Assembly: GCA_963794325.1 (NCBI GenBank)
Contig: CAWCDG010000003.1
Coordinates: 384,001-448,000, forward strand
DNA from: an uncultured delta proteobacterium
Lineage (GTDB): Bacteria; Desulfobacterota; Binatia; Binatales; Binataceae
DNA length: 64,000 nt
Direction of reading: 5' to 3'
How positions within the stretch are numbered: the first letter of the stretch is position 1; every line of letters begins with the position of its first letter. The notes below the pieces were generated by a model that saw nothing but the letters and a program-made list of their open reading frames with translations, was not told the origin of the DNA and did no database searches. Both the position numbers and the translations under genes were made by a program. This document shows positions 47,616 to 57,702 of this stretch, in pieces.

Positions 47616-48251
47616 CTATTTGCGCGGGCGAACTTTGAAGCGGCGGGAAGCGTGTCGCGATTTAAGCTGAATCGCAATCGCAATCGCTACCACGAGCAGT
47701 ATCTCCCAGAACAGCAGCACGTTGGCGTGATCGAACTTGCTGTACCATACGTCCGCAACGGGAGCTTCGCTGACTGGCGCACCGATAGTGGCGCTAAATT
47801 TGTCCTGCATTCGCGACATCAGGAGGATGGCATTCCACGCCAGGCCCGCGACCAGTACGATCACCCAGAAGATCACGCCGAACTGCTCGGGGAGGCGGCG
47901 ACGGTTGATGCTATCGAGCGAACCGGGCTCGGGGATAATCATTGGCGCGACCCGATGCGCGCTGTTGCGGTGTTCGGGAGCTTCTGCGAGCTCGTTTCGC
48001 TCAGGGGGCGTGGGAAAAAGGGTAGTGTGATCGACCCCAGGGCTGCTCGCCTCGCGAATCTGGCGCAGGATGAAAAGCATGTCCTGTTTGCAGGTCAGAG
48101 TTCCCAACAGCGCGCATTTTGACAGCGCTTCGACCTCCTGAGGTGTGATGTGGAGGCGTGCGATCAGCTCATGGTCGTTGCGGATTTGTTCGAGAATCGC
48201 AGCCTCTGCGCGGGGCGCGAGGTCTGGTTTAGCTTTTGGATCGGCTTTCAT
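47616..48251 (-). CDS. Hypothetical membrane protein
   Basis: 211 aa with two C-terminal hydrophobic segments. Confidence 0.6.
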   Translation of the reverse strand: MKADPKAKPDLAPRAEAAILEQIRNDHELIARLHITPQEVEALSKCALLGTLTCKQDMLFILRQIREASSPGVDHTTLFPTPPERNELAEAPEHRNSAHRVAPMIIPEPGSLDSINRRRLPEQFGVIFWVIVLVAGLAWNAILLMSRMQDKFSATIGAPVSEAPVADVWYSKFDHANVLLFWEILLVVAIAIAIQLKSRHASRRFKVRPRK

Positions 48252-48520
48252 GGAGCGAAATTCTGACTCCGGGCGCGCCTTAAAGCAAGACTAAAGGAGA
48301 CGTGAGACGTATAGGACTTGAAAACACCCGTTAGAGACGCGATAAAACGCAATAGATAAAGCACATTGTAAGAATTATCTACCCAAGGTAGGCTCACATC
48401 CAATCGGGACAGGCGAAGGTGTAGCGAACCCCTACTTTTAGTAAGTGGCGCGATCGTCTTTTCAATTTGTTTCGATTCAAAGATTGCAGAAACATTAAAG
48501 TTGGAACCTGATTATTTCCT

Positions 48521-48964
48521 GTGGCACTCACCTTCAAATCACTACTGAAACCTTCGTCAGGCCTTCGCGGCAGCGCATTCATTCGCATAGCGGTAGGCAT
48601 AATTTTCTTCACCCAGGGAATCCTGAAATACATCGATCCGCACATGGGAGTGATGCGGTTTGCGCGCATCGGGTTTCCAATGCCGAATGTTACGGCTCAC
48701 GTCGTCGGCGCCGTCGAGATCGTCTGCGGGCTACTGGTCCTGTTGGGAATGTTCACCAGGCTCGCGAGCATCCCGCTGCTGATCGTGATCCTGACGGCAA
48801 TCGCGACGACCAAGATTCCCGAATTGTTTCACGCGAATCAGGGCTTCTGGTTCATGGTCAGCGACGCACGGACTGACTTTGCGATGACGATGAGTCTGCT
48901 TTTTCTCATCAGCGTCGGCGGCGGATCATTCGCCAGCCGGATCTGGCGGCGAAAGATCTGGTGA
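48521..48964 (+). CDS. DoxX family membrane protein
   Basis: RIAVGIIF..QG..K, F..IGFP.P, VEIVCGLLVLLG..TRLA. Confidence 0.88.
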   Translation: MALTFKSLLKPSSGLRGSAFIRIAVGIIFFTQGILKYIDPHMGVMRFARIGFPMPNVTAHVVGAVEIVCGLLVLLGMFTRLASIPLLIVILTAIATTKIPELFHANQGFWFMVSDARTDFAMTMSLLFLISVGGGSFASRIWRRKIW

Positions 48965-49104
48965 GTTCAATCGCAAGAAGGGCTGGCGCGCTACAGCCGG
49001 AGCGGGCTGATGTTTCCTGCGTGCTTCAAAACTTGCGACTGTCTCCGCGACATCGCGCCATGCGATAATTCCAGGGCAGCGTCGAACCAGGAGGCCTTCG
49101 CACG

Positions 49105-50022
49105 ATGAGCACCAAGTGCGGCATTTCGATCCCACAAACCTTCGAACAGTCGGTGGTTGACGTGGAGCTCATTCGTAAGTTCGTCGTTCGGGCGGAAACG
49201 CTGGGCTACGACAGCCTGTGGGTGCAGGAGCAAATGATCACCGACACGGCGATTCTCGAGCCCGTCGCGCTGCTCACATACGTCGCGGGATTGACTTCGC
49301 GAGTACGCCTCGGCACCGCGGTACTCCTGACGGTGGTCCGCAATCCCGTGGAACTTGCGAAGACCCTGGCGACCATCGATCAGCTATGCGGGGGCCGTTT
49401 AGTCGTGGGCGTCGGGATCGGCGGAGCGACGACGCCTCATGAGATTTTCGGAGTGCCTCGCGAACATCGAGTGCGCCGGTTCGTCGAAGGGATCAAAGTG
49501 ATCAAGGCGCTGTGGACTCAGCCCAAGGCAACCGTCAGCGGCGACTTCTGGAATTTCACGGACGTCCCGATGGAACCTAAGCCGGCACAGAAGCCGCATC
49601 CTCCGATTTGGTTCGGCGCGCGGACCGAGGTCGCATTGAAGCGCGCCGCGCGGCTGGGCGACGGATGGATGGGCCCCGGGTCGTCATCGTCGGCGGAATT
49701 TGTACAGCACATGGAATGGATTCGTCGGTTGCTCGATGAGGTCAAGCGCGATCCCGCGACGTTTTCGATTTCGAAGCGCGTTTATATCGCGGTCGACGAC
49801 AACCGCAACATCGCAGAGCAACGGCTGCGTCGATGGTTCGGCGCGCGGTACAAGCAGCCAGACATGGCGCCGCGCGTTTCAATTTTCGGCAGCCGCACCG
49901 AATGCGTGGACCAATTAGGAGCGCTGGTTAAGGCAGGGGCGCAGCACCTGCTGCTCGACCCGGTCTACGATCACGTCGAGCAGATGGAATTGCTCGCCAC
50001 CGAAGTGGTCCCAGCACTCTGA
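49105..50022 (+). CDS. LLM class oxidoreductase
   Basis: AETLGYDSLWV.E, RLGTAVL, LAK.LATID, PKP.QKPHPPIW.G, RAARLGDGW. Confidence 0.9.
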   Translation: MSTKCGISIPQTFEQSVVDVELIRKFVVRAETLGYDSLWVQEQMITDTAILEPVALLTYVAGLTSRVRLGTAVLLTVVRNPVELAKTLATIDQLCGGRLVVGVGIGGATTPHEIFGVPREHRVRRFVEGIKVIKALWTQPKATVSGDFWNFTDVPMEPKPAQKPHPPIWFGARTEVALKRAARLGDGWMGPGSSSSAEFVQHMEWIRRLLDEVKRDPATFSISKRVYIAVDDNRNIAEQRLRRWFGARYKQPDMAPRVSIFGSRTECVDQLGALVKAGAQHLLLDPVYDHVEQMELLATEVVPAL

Positions 50023-50110
50023 CCGGCATCGCTCCGCCCAAGGGTTTCGAGGCCGATTGACCAGCAGCAGAAATTGTTATACGTTTTCGTAGGAAAGGGT
50101 ACATAAAGCC

Positions 50111-50371
50111 ATGCAGATTTCAGCCGAGATTTCCCTAGGCACCAGGCAGTTGCTCGAACGGTATTCGCGCGCTCATGGAGTCAAGAAGCAGTTCCTGATC
50201 GAGCGCGCACTGCTTCATCACATTCAGGCCCTGGAGGAACTTCCGGCCAGCGTTATCATTCCGCCGCGTCTGGTCGTAAGTGCGGCTAGCGGCCGCAAGA
50301 TCGCGAAATTGGTGAGCAAGAAGCAAAAGCCGACGAGTGCGCTCGTGGAGCTGATGCGCGGTGGCGATTGA
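50111..50371 (+). CDS. RHH/DUF1778-like antitoxin
   Basis: N-terminal beta-helix-helix, C-terminal P..AL.ELM; overlaps the GNAT toxin start. Confidence 0.7.
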   Translation: MQISAEISLGTRQLLERYSRAHGVKKQFLIERALLHHIQALEELPASVIIPPRLVVSAASGRKIAKLVSKKQKPTSALVELMRGGD

Positions 50372-50960
50372 GGTTCGCCTTCTCGGAGAAGCGGACGACC
50401 GAAGTTCCTTCCAGTCCGGCGATGAGCAACTCGACCTCTTTTTCCGGCGATATGCCGGCCAGAACCAGTTTCGTCATCACATCGGAACCACCTACGTAGC
50501 AGTTGAGGGCGCGGCAATTCTCGGTTTCGCGACGGTGACGGTCGGCCACCTGGAAATCGAAAACCTTCCTTCAAGCTTGCGGAAGAAGTTGCCGGACTAT
50601 CCCCTCCCGATTCTCAGGCTCGCTCGGCTGGCCGTCAAACAAAACGCTCAGGGTAAGGGCGTTGGCGAGCATCTCATGCGCACCGTGTTCTCGGTCGCGA
50701 TTGAAATTCGCGAGAAGGTGGGCTGTGTCGGTGTCGTGGTCGATGCGAAGCCGGGCGCGGAGAACTACTATTCACGCTACGGATTTGTTGCGCTCGAAGT
50801 GATCGAAGGAGTGCTCGAGGAGCGTCCAGCGCCAAAGCCAATATTTCTGCCTCTGTCCGCCATCGTGCAGGCAAAACCGCACCGCCCGCCCGAAAACCCT
50901 CGATTAGCTCAAATTCACCTTAAGCGTTGCACAATCGATTTCCTCGGTACCGCTAGGTAA
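50361..50960 (+). CDS. GNAT family toxin (AtaT/TacT-like)
   Basis: F.SG..QLD.F.R.YA.Q, P.LRLARLAV...AQGKGVG, GVVVDAK, YY..YGF. Confidence 0.85.
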   Translation: MAIEVRLLGEADDRSSFQSGDEQLDLFFRRYAGQNQFRHHIGTTYVAVEGAAILGFATVTVGHLEIENLPSSLRKKLPDYPLPILRLARLAVKQNAQGKGVGEHLMRTVFSVAIEIREKVGCVGVVVDAKPGAENYYSRYGFVALEVIEGVLEERPAPKPIFLPLSAIVQAKPHRPPENPRLAQIHLKRCTIDFLGTAR

Positions 50961-50967
50961 CATTCAA

Positions 50968-51474
50968 ATGCCAAGACGCTACATTGGGCCGCTCACCCAT
51001 GCGCAGATGGATTCTGGAATTGATTCCTGCCTCACGCACGCCGAAAGGCTAAAGCGGATCATCTCCAAGATAACTGGTATTGAACGCGGCTTGGCGTTTT
51101 CATTGGCTTGTATCCGGGTGGAGGAACTAACGAAGATCCTTTTGCTCATGGAAATGCGCACGGGACACCATGATAGGGAGAGTTGGTTGCGGTTCTGGAA
51201 GAAATTCAGAGACCATCGGGCGAAGTGGGGTGCATATGGAAAGTGGCGGTTCGAGCAAGACGGAGTAACGAACGAGCAAACGGCGCTTGAACTCGGGGAG
51301 GTATTTTCGGCTTGGGCTCAAGAGAAGAATGTGGGCCTGTATGTCGATTACGACCCGAACATTGGATTTATTCAACCAGGGCTGCTTCCAGACTTTCTCG
51401 CGTCGGCTTTGAAAATGGGCGATAAACTGAACAGAGAAATACGATCTATTCTCAGCGAGAGACGAAGTGCTTGA
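50968..51474 (+). CDS. AbiV family protein (putative anti-phage)
   Basis: A.SLA....EEL.K, F.DH..K, KN.GLYVDY motifs; visibly lower GC than flanks. Confidence 0.7.
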   Translation: MPRRYIGPLTHAQMDSGIDSCLTHAERLKRIISKITGIERGLAFSLACIRVEELTKILLLMEMRTGHHDRESWLRFWKKFRDHRAKWGAYGKWRFEQDGVTNEQTALELGEVFSAWAQEKNVGLYVDYDPNIGFIQPGLLPDFLASALKMGDKLNREIRSILSERRSA

Positions 51475-51537
51475 GGAATGAGGGAAGCACTCTATATGCG
51501 AACCATCTATCGACACTCAAGTGTGCCGTCCAACTGA

Positions 51538-51909
51538 TCCGCCACGCCGTACTTGCCGGACGAACTGGAGAATGAGGAAGTTGGACCGGATCTTCCCCTT
51601 GCAATTGATCCGTCTCACGTCTCTTTGCGGGTCGCGGCGCAGAGAAGTCGCTTTGTCATCTTCGGACGCGATCCGTCCGCGTTGCAGGTAAAGCTGAAGG
51701 AGAATGGTGCCAAGTTGCGTCAGATCGTCGTTAAGCGTGCGGCCCTCAAAAGCATCGCGGAGGAGTTGGAAATGAGCGGAGTATCTGAATCGACTATCTT
51801 TCCAGATCTCGACGGTCTTGGTCGCGAGATAGCTCTGACTTGGCAGCGAAATACTTGTAGCAGGAACTTGGCATCTCAGATTTCCGGTCGCCCTGCCGCC
51901 CGTTTTTGA
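51538..51909 (+). pseudogene. C-terminal fragment of an FRG-domain protein
   Basis: P.AI.P.H...R..AQ.S.F.IFG ... EL...GV..STIFPDLDGL; in-frame TGA at 51535 and no FRG N-terminus. Confidence 0.7.
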
Positions 51910-51975
51910 CAATCGCGTCCAAAAAGGGTGTGCCGGTTGGCTTCCCGAAGCTGGGAATGAGCTTCCTCTCCCCTT

Positions 51976-53094
51976 TTATGCACTTTTAATCATTGTCGAA
52001 CCAACAGATGAGGGGGCAGCCCCTACTGAGCGTCTGCGAATCAGACCGATGAACAGCAACACTATAATCAAGAAATTCAGGGTCATATGCATTATCAGGC
52101 CGTGCGTGTCAGCCGGGTTAAGTGTCGGCGAAAGGTTTGACGCGTGGACTATCAACGAGCTCAATTGATAAAGTCCGACTACCACGCCCGCAACGATGCT
52201 CGGGCGGTGCCCGACCCAAAAGATGAATGCTGCCATCAAGCCAGCATCTACGAGTTGGCCAGCCGGAAAAGGTTGGAATCTAGCAGGCATGTCGCTCGCG
52301 GGTATGTTGCCGTGGAATAACATGAACAGCGCAAGTAGGAGCCAACACAACTGCCCGCCTTGTACCGCAAGAGCTGGAATCATTGGCCGCACCGATTTTC
52401 TGACGAGACACCAAGCCACGAAGCCGGACAAAAGCGTGCCCAGGAACGGCCAGTAAAACGTCCATCCGAATGAGAGACCGCCTATCACGGATAGTCCGAC
52501 GGCAGCCCCTATGCCCACCAAGAGCAGCTCTGCTAGGACCGCGCGCCAGAAAGAAAACCGGTGAGCTTCGGCAACACATGAAAGGATCACAATCCAAGAC
52601 CAAATTCTAAGGGTCCATACTATTCCGCTCACGATCAGGGGATCCTTTCCTGGATCTAGTACAGCGTTAACCCCACCCCAGATCCCCGACGCAGCAGGAA
52701 CGATTACCGGCTGTGTAAGGCCAGTTACGACGCTGAGTGACCGAACGCCACCGCCAATGATGGCGGGAATCCGGCCCCAAGCGTACGCGGCGCGCACGTC
52801 GGTTGGAGTGCCCACGCCGCCAAGGCGACGCCCCGCCCAAGCCATTATCACACCGAAAACGAACAGCCGAAGAATGCCACCTAGGCTGCCCCATATCGCG
52901 GCTAAGACGGCAGCCCGGGCCAGAATCGTTGTCGTTTGTTCCTCCGGTGTCACCACAATTGCTGCACGGCTGGCGAAATACCATACGGCGCCGCTCAGCG
53001 CAGCGAGTGGAATGACCCATTCCGTCGGGTTTGAATCGATTATGCCCCGAATCGTTGACCTAGGTCGGAGCTAGATGCCGATAAGGTTGTTCAT
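51976..53094 (-). pseudogene. Yip1-family membrane protein with in-frame amber at codon 8
   Basis: ATG 53094: MNNLIGI*LRPRSTIRGIIDSNP...; frame continues into ORF 52956-51976 (W.GRRLGG.G....VRAA.AW, AEAHRFS.WRA). Confidence 0.7.
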
Positions 53095-53191
53095 CCTTGG
53101 CGCCTCAGAATGTTCACGAAGTGAAGAATCCAAGTTCCACCTGGAGCGGGCAATATCAGCTCCCTTCGAAGAAGCGCACGCAATCGGCTTT

Positions 53192-53266
53192 TGGTGCCCC
53201 GGCCGGGAATCGAACCCGGACCTGAGGTTCCGGAGACCTCCGTGATGTCCTTTTCACTACCGGGGC
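53192..53266 (-). tRNA. tRNA-Arg(CCG)
   Basis: Acceptor GCCCCGG/CCGGGGC-A-CCA; anticodon arm GAGGT-CTCCGGA-ACCTC; T arm CCGGG-TTCGATT-CCCGG. Confidence 0.96.
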
Positions 53267-53364
53267 GTCGGATGCAGCAGAGGACAGAACTATATCAGCA
53301 ATCCGCCGCGGACAAGGCGAGCGATTGTTGATCGATGCGACTTCCGCGCGGCAACATACTCGCG

Positions 53365-54165
53365 ATGGCGACGACCGGCAGTTCCGATGCCGCGCGGCTC
53401 CTGCGCGAGCAATACAAGGACGGCTCGAATCTCTCGGCGCGCATCCGGCTGCATCAGCTTTTCAGCACCAATCGCTACGGGCAGATGCGATGGATGTTCG
53501 ATCAGATTCAGCTTCCCCAAAACGCGACCGTGCTCGAACTCGGCTGCGGCACCGGCGTTCTGTGGCGCGGCTCGGTTAAGGTTCCGCGCGAATGGCGCGT
53601 TTTCTTAACCGACATGTCCGCCGGGATGCTCGATGAAACTCGCGGCAGTCTCGTGCGGCTGGGCCGGTCGTTCATTTATGCGCAAGCCGACGCGCAGGCG
53701 ATTCCGTTCCGGGATGCATCGTTCGACGGGGTGATCGCGAATCACATGCTCTACCACGTGCCCGATATCCCGCGCGCGCTGGATGAGATTCGCCGGGTGC
53801 TCAAGCCCGGAGGCTTCTGCTACGCGGCGACGATGGGTCTGGCGAATATGCGCGAGATGAACGAGCTTGCGGCGCGCTTCTTTTCGCTTCCCCGAATGTC
53901 CGAGTCGGCGGCGCGATTCGGCCTCGAGAGCGGCGAGGCCTACATGCGCGCCGCGTTCAGCGAGGTTAAGCTCGAACGTTATTCCGACTCGCTCGCAATC
54001 ACCGAAGCCGCGCCGCTGATGGACTACATCTGCTCGACGCGCGTGCGACGCAGAATCAGCGACGAACAGATCGCCGCACTGCGCCAGCACGTCGAAAACG
54101 AAATCGCGACCCACGGCGAAATCCGGATGACCAAGGACTCGGGACTTTTCATCGCGCGGCGCTAA
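53365..54165 (+). CDS. Class I SAM-dependent methyltransferase
   Basis: VLELGCGTG, TDMSAGM, FD.VIANHMLYHV, RVLKPGG. Confidence 0.92.
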   Translation: MATTGSSDAARLLREQYKDGSNLSARIRLHQLFSTNRYGQMRWMFDQIQLPQNATVLELGCGTGVLWRGSVKVPREWRVFLTDMSAGMLDETRGSLVRLGRSFIYAQADAQAIPFRDASFDGVIANHMLYHVPDIPRALDEIRRVLKPGGFCYAATMGLANMREMNELAARFFSLPRMSESAARFGLESGEAYMRAAFSEVKLERYSDSLAITEAAPLMDYICSTRVRRRISDEQIAALRQHVENEIATHGEIRMTKDSGLFIARR

Positions 54166-55023
54166 TCAGTACAGAATCGACGGGATGAACGGGAAGCGCG
54201 GTTCGTTGTAGAGGCCGACGCTCATCAGGGTGTTCAGCTGCATCAGGCGCAGGCCTTTGCTGTAGCACCATCGGAGCAGCTCGCCGTTGCGCGACGGAAT
54301 CAGCGGGCCGCATCCGGCGAACTCGGTTGCCGCCGAGATAAGCGCCTTGAGCTCGTTGTTCGACTCAGCGACCGCGTAGCCGCCGTAGCCGATAGCGGTC
54401 GCGTAACCCGTGATGCGGCCCAGGTGCTCGACGACGTTCGCCGTTCCAGCCTTGATCGCGTCGCGCAATTCGCGGGCGCGTTCGTGTCCATGTGCGGCGA
54501 AATGGATCTGGTCGCATGCGGCGACGTCGGCGTCAGTGGCGGCGCGAACCGGGTAGCCGGGGATCGATTCCTTGATCAGAGGCCCGATCATCACCGACAG
54601 CGGCTCGCGGATTTCGAAACCGAGCTTCGCATACAGACTGAAAGATCGATTGTGATAAGCGACCTGCACCAGCCGGACGCCGGGGAGCCCGCTAGACGCG
54701 ACGCGATCGAGAAAATGCTGCATCATCGCGCGTCCCGCGCCGCTGTTCTGCACCTCGGGATCGACGCTGATGGGCCCGATTCCGGCAATGGGCGCGCGCT
54801 CATCGAGGAAGTTGCTGCCGGCGATGCGGCCGTTCACTTCGGCGAGGATTCCGTAGAAGCCCGGATTCGAGATCATGCCGGTGAGCATGGCGACGGTGAT
54901 TTCGAGCGACGGAAACTCGTGCGGAAAATTGTGCTGATCGGCCAGGGTGCCGAACGCGCGGTAACATATTTCTCCGCAAACCGCGGCGTCCTCGCGCGTC
55001 GCACGTCGAATCTTCGTTTCCAT
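54166..55023 (-). CDS. GNAT acetyltransferase (two-domain)
   Basis: IGPISVDP..Q..GAGR, SLYAKLGF. Confidence 0.87.
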   Translation of the reverse strand: METKIRRATREDAAVCGEICYRAFGTLADQHNFPHEFPSLEITVAMLTGMISNPGFYGILAEVNGRIAGSNFLDERAPIAGIGPISVDPEVQNSGAGRAMMQHFLDRVASSGLPGVRLVQVAYHNRSFSLYAKLGFEIREPLSVMIGPLIKESIPGYPVRAATDADVAACDQIHFAAHGHERARELRDAIKAGTANVVEHLGRITGYATAIGYGGYAVAESNNELKALISAATEFAGCGPLIPSRNGELLRWCYSKGLRLMQLNTLMSVGLYNEPRFPFIPSILY

Positions 55024-55052
55024 CGGTATAGTTCTCCAGCGCTACGAAATTT

Positions 55053-55886
55053 CTACGCCGAAGCCTTGGTCTCGCGGAGCATCTCGGCGTGGCGGCGGTC
55101 GGCCTCGGGGCGCGTCTGCGCGATCGTTTCGACGAGCTCGTCATGAAGGCGTCCGTTAGTCGCGACGATATTCGCGCCGGTCAAATCGAGCGCGGAACCG
55201 TCCATGTTGGTGACGCGTCCGCGCGCTTCTTCGACAATCAGCGCGCCGGCGGCCACGTCCCATGCGCGCAGTCCGAACTCCCAGAAGCCATCGGTGCGTC
55301 CCGCGGCGACGTAGGCAAGATCGAGCGCCGCCGACCCGGTGCGGCGAATACCCTGCGTTCGCGTCATGAGTTCTTCCCAGAAGCACATGTAGAAGCGGCG
55401 GCGCTCGCGGCGGTCGTACGCGAATCCGGTGCATAGCAGTGCGGAGCACAGATTGGGCGTCGCGCTCACGCGAATCGTTTTGCCGTTGAGGCGCGCGCCC
55501 TGTCCACGATTCGCGATGAAACATTCTTTCTTCAACGCGTCGTAAACCACGCCGAACTGCACGCGGCCGCGCCGCTCGTACGCAATCGACACGCAGAATT
55601 GCGGATAGCCGTGCGCGAAGTTAGTGGTGCCGTCGAGCGGATCGATGATCCATCGATGGTCGCTCTGGTGCACGCTGGCGCCGCTTTCCTCCGCGAGGAT
55701 CGCATGAGTGGGAAACGCGCGATGGATCACTTCGATGACCGCCGCTTCCGATTCGCGATCGGCTTCAGTGACGAGATCGATCGAGTTCGATTTTCGATTG
55801 ATAGTGATTCTGCTGAGCCGTTTGAGATGAATCCTGCCGGCGGCACGCGCGGCGCGGAGCGCAACCTGTTCGATTTCGTTGATCAC
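55053..55886 (-). CDS. suhB: Inositol monophosphatase family protein
   Basis: DLVTEAD, WIIDPLDGTTNFAHG, RRTGSAALDL, WDVAAG. Confidence 0.93.
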   Translation of the reverse strand: MINEIEQVALRAARAAGRIHLKRLSRITINRKSNSIDLVTEADRESEAAVIEVIHRAFPTHAILAEESGASVHQSDHRWIIDPLDGTTNFAHGYPQFCVSIAYERRGRVQFGVVYDALKKECFIANRGQGARLNGKTIRVSATPNLCSALLCTGFAYDRRERRRFYMCFWEELMTRTQGIRRTGSAALDLAYVAAGRTDGFWEFGLRAWDVAAGALIVEEARGRVTNMDGSALDLTGANIVATNGRLHDELVETIAQTRPEADRRHAEMLRETKASA

Positions 55887-55922
55887 GATAAAGGAAAGTA
55901 TTACTCGCGGGGGTGAAGCGTC

Positions 55923-55948
55923 CAGCGCGAAGCGCAGATCAATCGACA
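55923..55948. repeat. 26-bp direct repeat, copy 1
   Basis: CAGCGCGAAGCGCAGATCAATCGACA, identical at 56303-56328. Confidence 0.85.
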
Positions 55949-55993
55949 GTCGATGATGCTCGATCCTTCTTTGCGGTTTGAGCGAAGCGATTT

Positions 55994-56227
55994 CCTAACC
56001 TCACCTTGTCCGAGGAGAGGTCGGCGCGAGCCGAAGGCGAGCGACGGGAGCGGTACAGCGCCAGACTGTTGCAACAACGCCTGTTGCGCTGCTGTCGAGC
56101 GGCGAACTCGTCTCTCTGTATTGAGATTAAACGAGTCGGGGTTGGTGGGATGTCGCACGTTGCACCTCTCCCGGCGACACCGCTGCGCGGCTTTCGCCGA
56201 CCTCCCCTCGGACAAGGGGAGGTTAGG
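55994..56227. mobile_element. REPIN/MITE-like element with 33-bp terminal inverted repeats
   Basis: 55994-56026 vs reverse complement of 56195-56227: 31/33 identical; inner IR 56045-56057/56161-56173. Confidence 0.6.
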
Positions 56228-56287
56228 ATCAAGCTGCCAGCGCTGGGTTTCGGCCACGCCGCTGCCAAGGGCCACCTTGCCGATCAG

Positions 56288-56328
56288 CTCCAGCGCCATT
56301 CGCAGCGCGAAGCGCAGATCAATCGACA
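56288..56328. repeat. Direct repeat, copy 2
   Basis: Shares 26 bp with 55923-55948 and 26/27 bp with 60021-60047. Confidence 0.85.
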
Positions 56329-56332
56329 ACGC

Positions 56333-57680
56333 CTAGAGCGCAATCGTCACCTGCACGGCGAGCACCAACGTGTCGCTGATCAATCCGGTTCCATTCGGGC
56401 GGAACACGCCTTGTATATCCGGTTGCACGGTCAGCGATGGGGTCACGTTGTACATGTAGTTAGCCTCGATGATCGCTTCATGCGTCATCGCCGGCTGGTG
56501 ACTCGCGCGCTCAGCATCGCGCAGATCGGTTGAAAACTGTCCCCAGAGACCAAACAGTCCTAACTCATCTTCGGGCCGGTGCGGAATCAGTCCGAAGTAC
56601 AACAGACCCGCGTCCCAGAAATACTCATCCATGTTCATCTTCGGCGGCGCATAGGAGAAGGCGAGGAATCCCCACAGACCCTGATGAGGATTGGTAGCGC
56701 CTCGGGCCGCCGAAGCAGTCGCTGTTGGCCGGTCACATACATTTGCCATGTGCCACCGCGCATCTTACCGGTCTTGAATTGCAGCCGCGGTTCGGAATCG
56801 TAGAGCCCGCCGATCTTGTACGTTCCCGGATAGCCGAGGTCTCGCATCGGCTTCGGCGAATAGCCTAGCTCCTCCATGATCGCGACGCCGGAGTTATGTC
56901 GCAGGCTGAAATCGACCCCGTGAAACTTGTCACTGCGAAAGTCCCGATAGGTGTTGTACGCTCCAGTCATCGAATAGAACTCCGGCGAGACCGGTAGCGT
57001 GCGCGAATTCCCCAAGCCGCGCCCGGATAGCTCGGTACGTTGGCATTAGTCGGAATACTCAGCGGATTTCCGCAGAAGCCGAGGTTCTGCGCGAAACAGT
57101 AGTACGGCGACGTCGCGAAGTCGTCGAGGGCGTTGATGCGCCCGCCCACCACATCGAGCTTCTGATCGAAAAATAGATGCTCGACTGCCAAGTCCACCAG
57201 CCGAATTGTTTGATGGCCGTAAATCTGCTGCACCTGAAAAATGTTGGGAATGTCGTTGGACAGACTGTTGCCGGTGCGCTCCGACGCCGAAGCAAGGAAG
57301 TAGGTATCGCGAACGCCGAGCAGTCTCTGCAAATCCAAGGCGACCCCGAGCGCGACGTTGTGCGTGTAGCGAAGCTTGTGTAGCTCTCCGCCGGCCGGGT
57401 TGCCGGCCGATTCGCTTTGATACGTGCCGAACGACGAAATTCCCGCATCGGAGAGTTCGCTACGCACTCCATCCCAATCGCCGGTCGCTGCTGTCAGTTG
57501 CGCCCATGACCCGGGCAAGAACAAAATCTGAGGGTCGAGAATTCCCCATTCGGTCGCCCAATCCCCCTGCGTCGTGTGCATCCAGGGGGTTGAGAATGTC
57601 TGCGCGTGCACGGGCGTTTGCCAAACAAGGCCGGACAGCACGAATCCGAGAACCAGCAATGTTCGGAGCGACCGCCTCAT
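56333..57680 (-). pseudogene. OprB-family carbohydrate porin with two frameshifts
   Basis: GDWDGVRSELSD.GI, Q+YG, YP...WG, PGTYK.G, GL...RPED, VQPD.Q....P motifs spread over three frames. Confidence 0.82.
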
Positions 57681-57702
57681 GCTGGGCTCTCAGCACCAGC
57701 GC

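Noticed and set aside
53071-53073. Programmed amber read-through (pyrrolysine)
   Set aside because: The position corresponds to a Trp, many genes in the window end in TAG, and no pyl genes are visible
50022-53192. Intact integrative element or prophage at tRNA-Arg
   Set aside because: No integrase, no phage genes and no duplicated tRNA 3' end found
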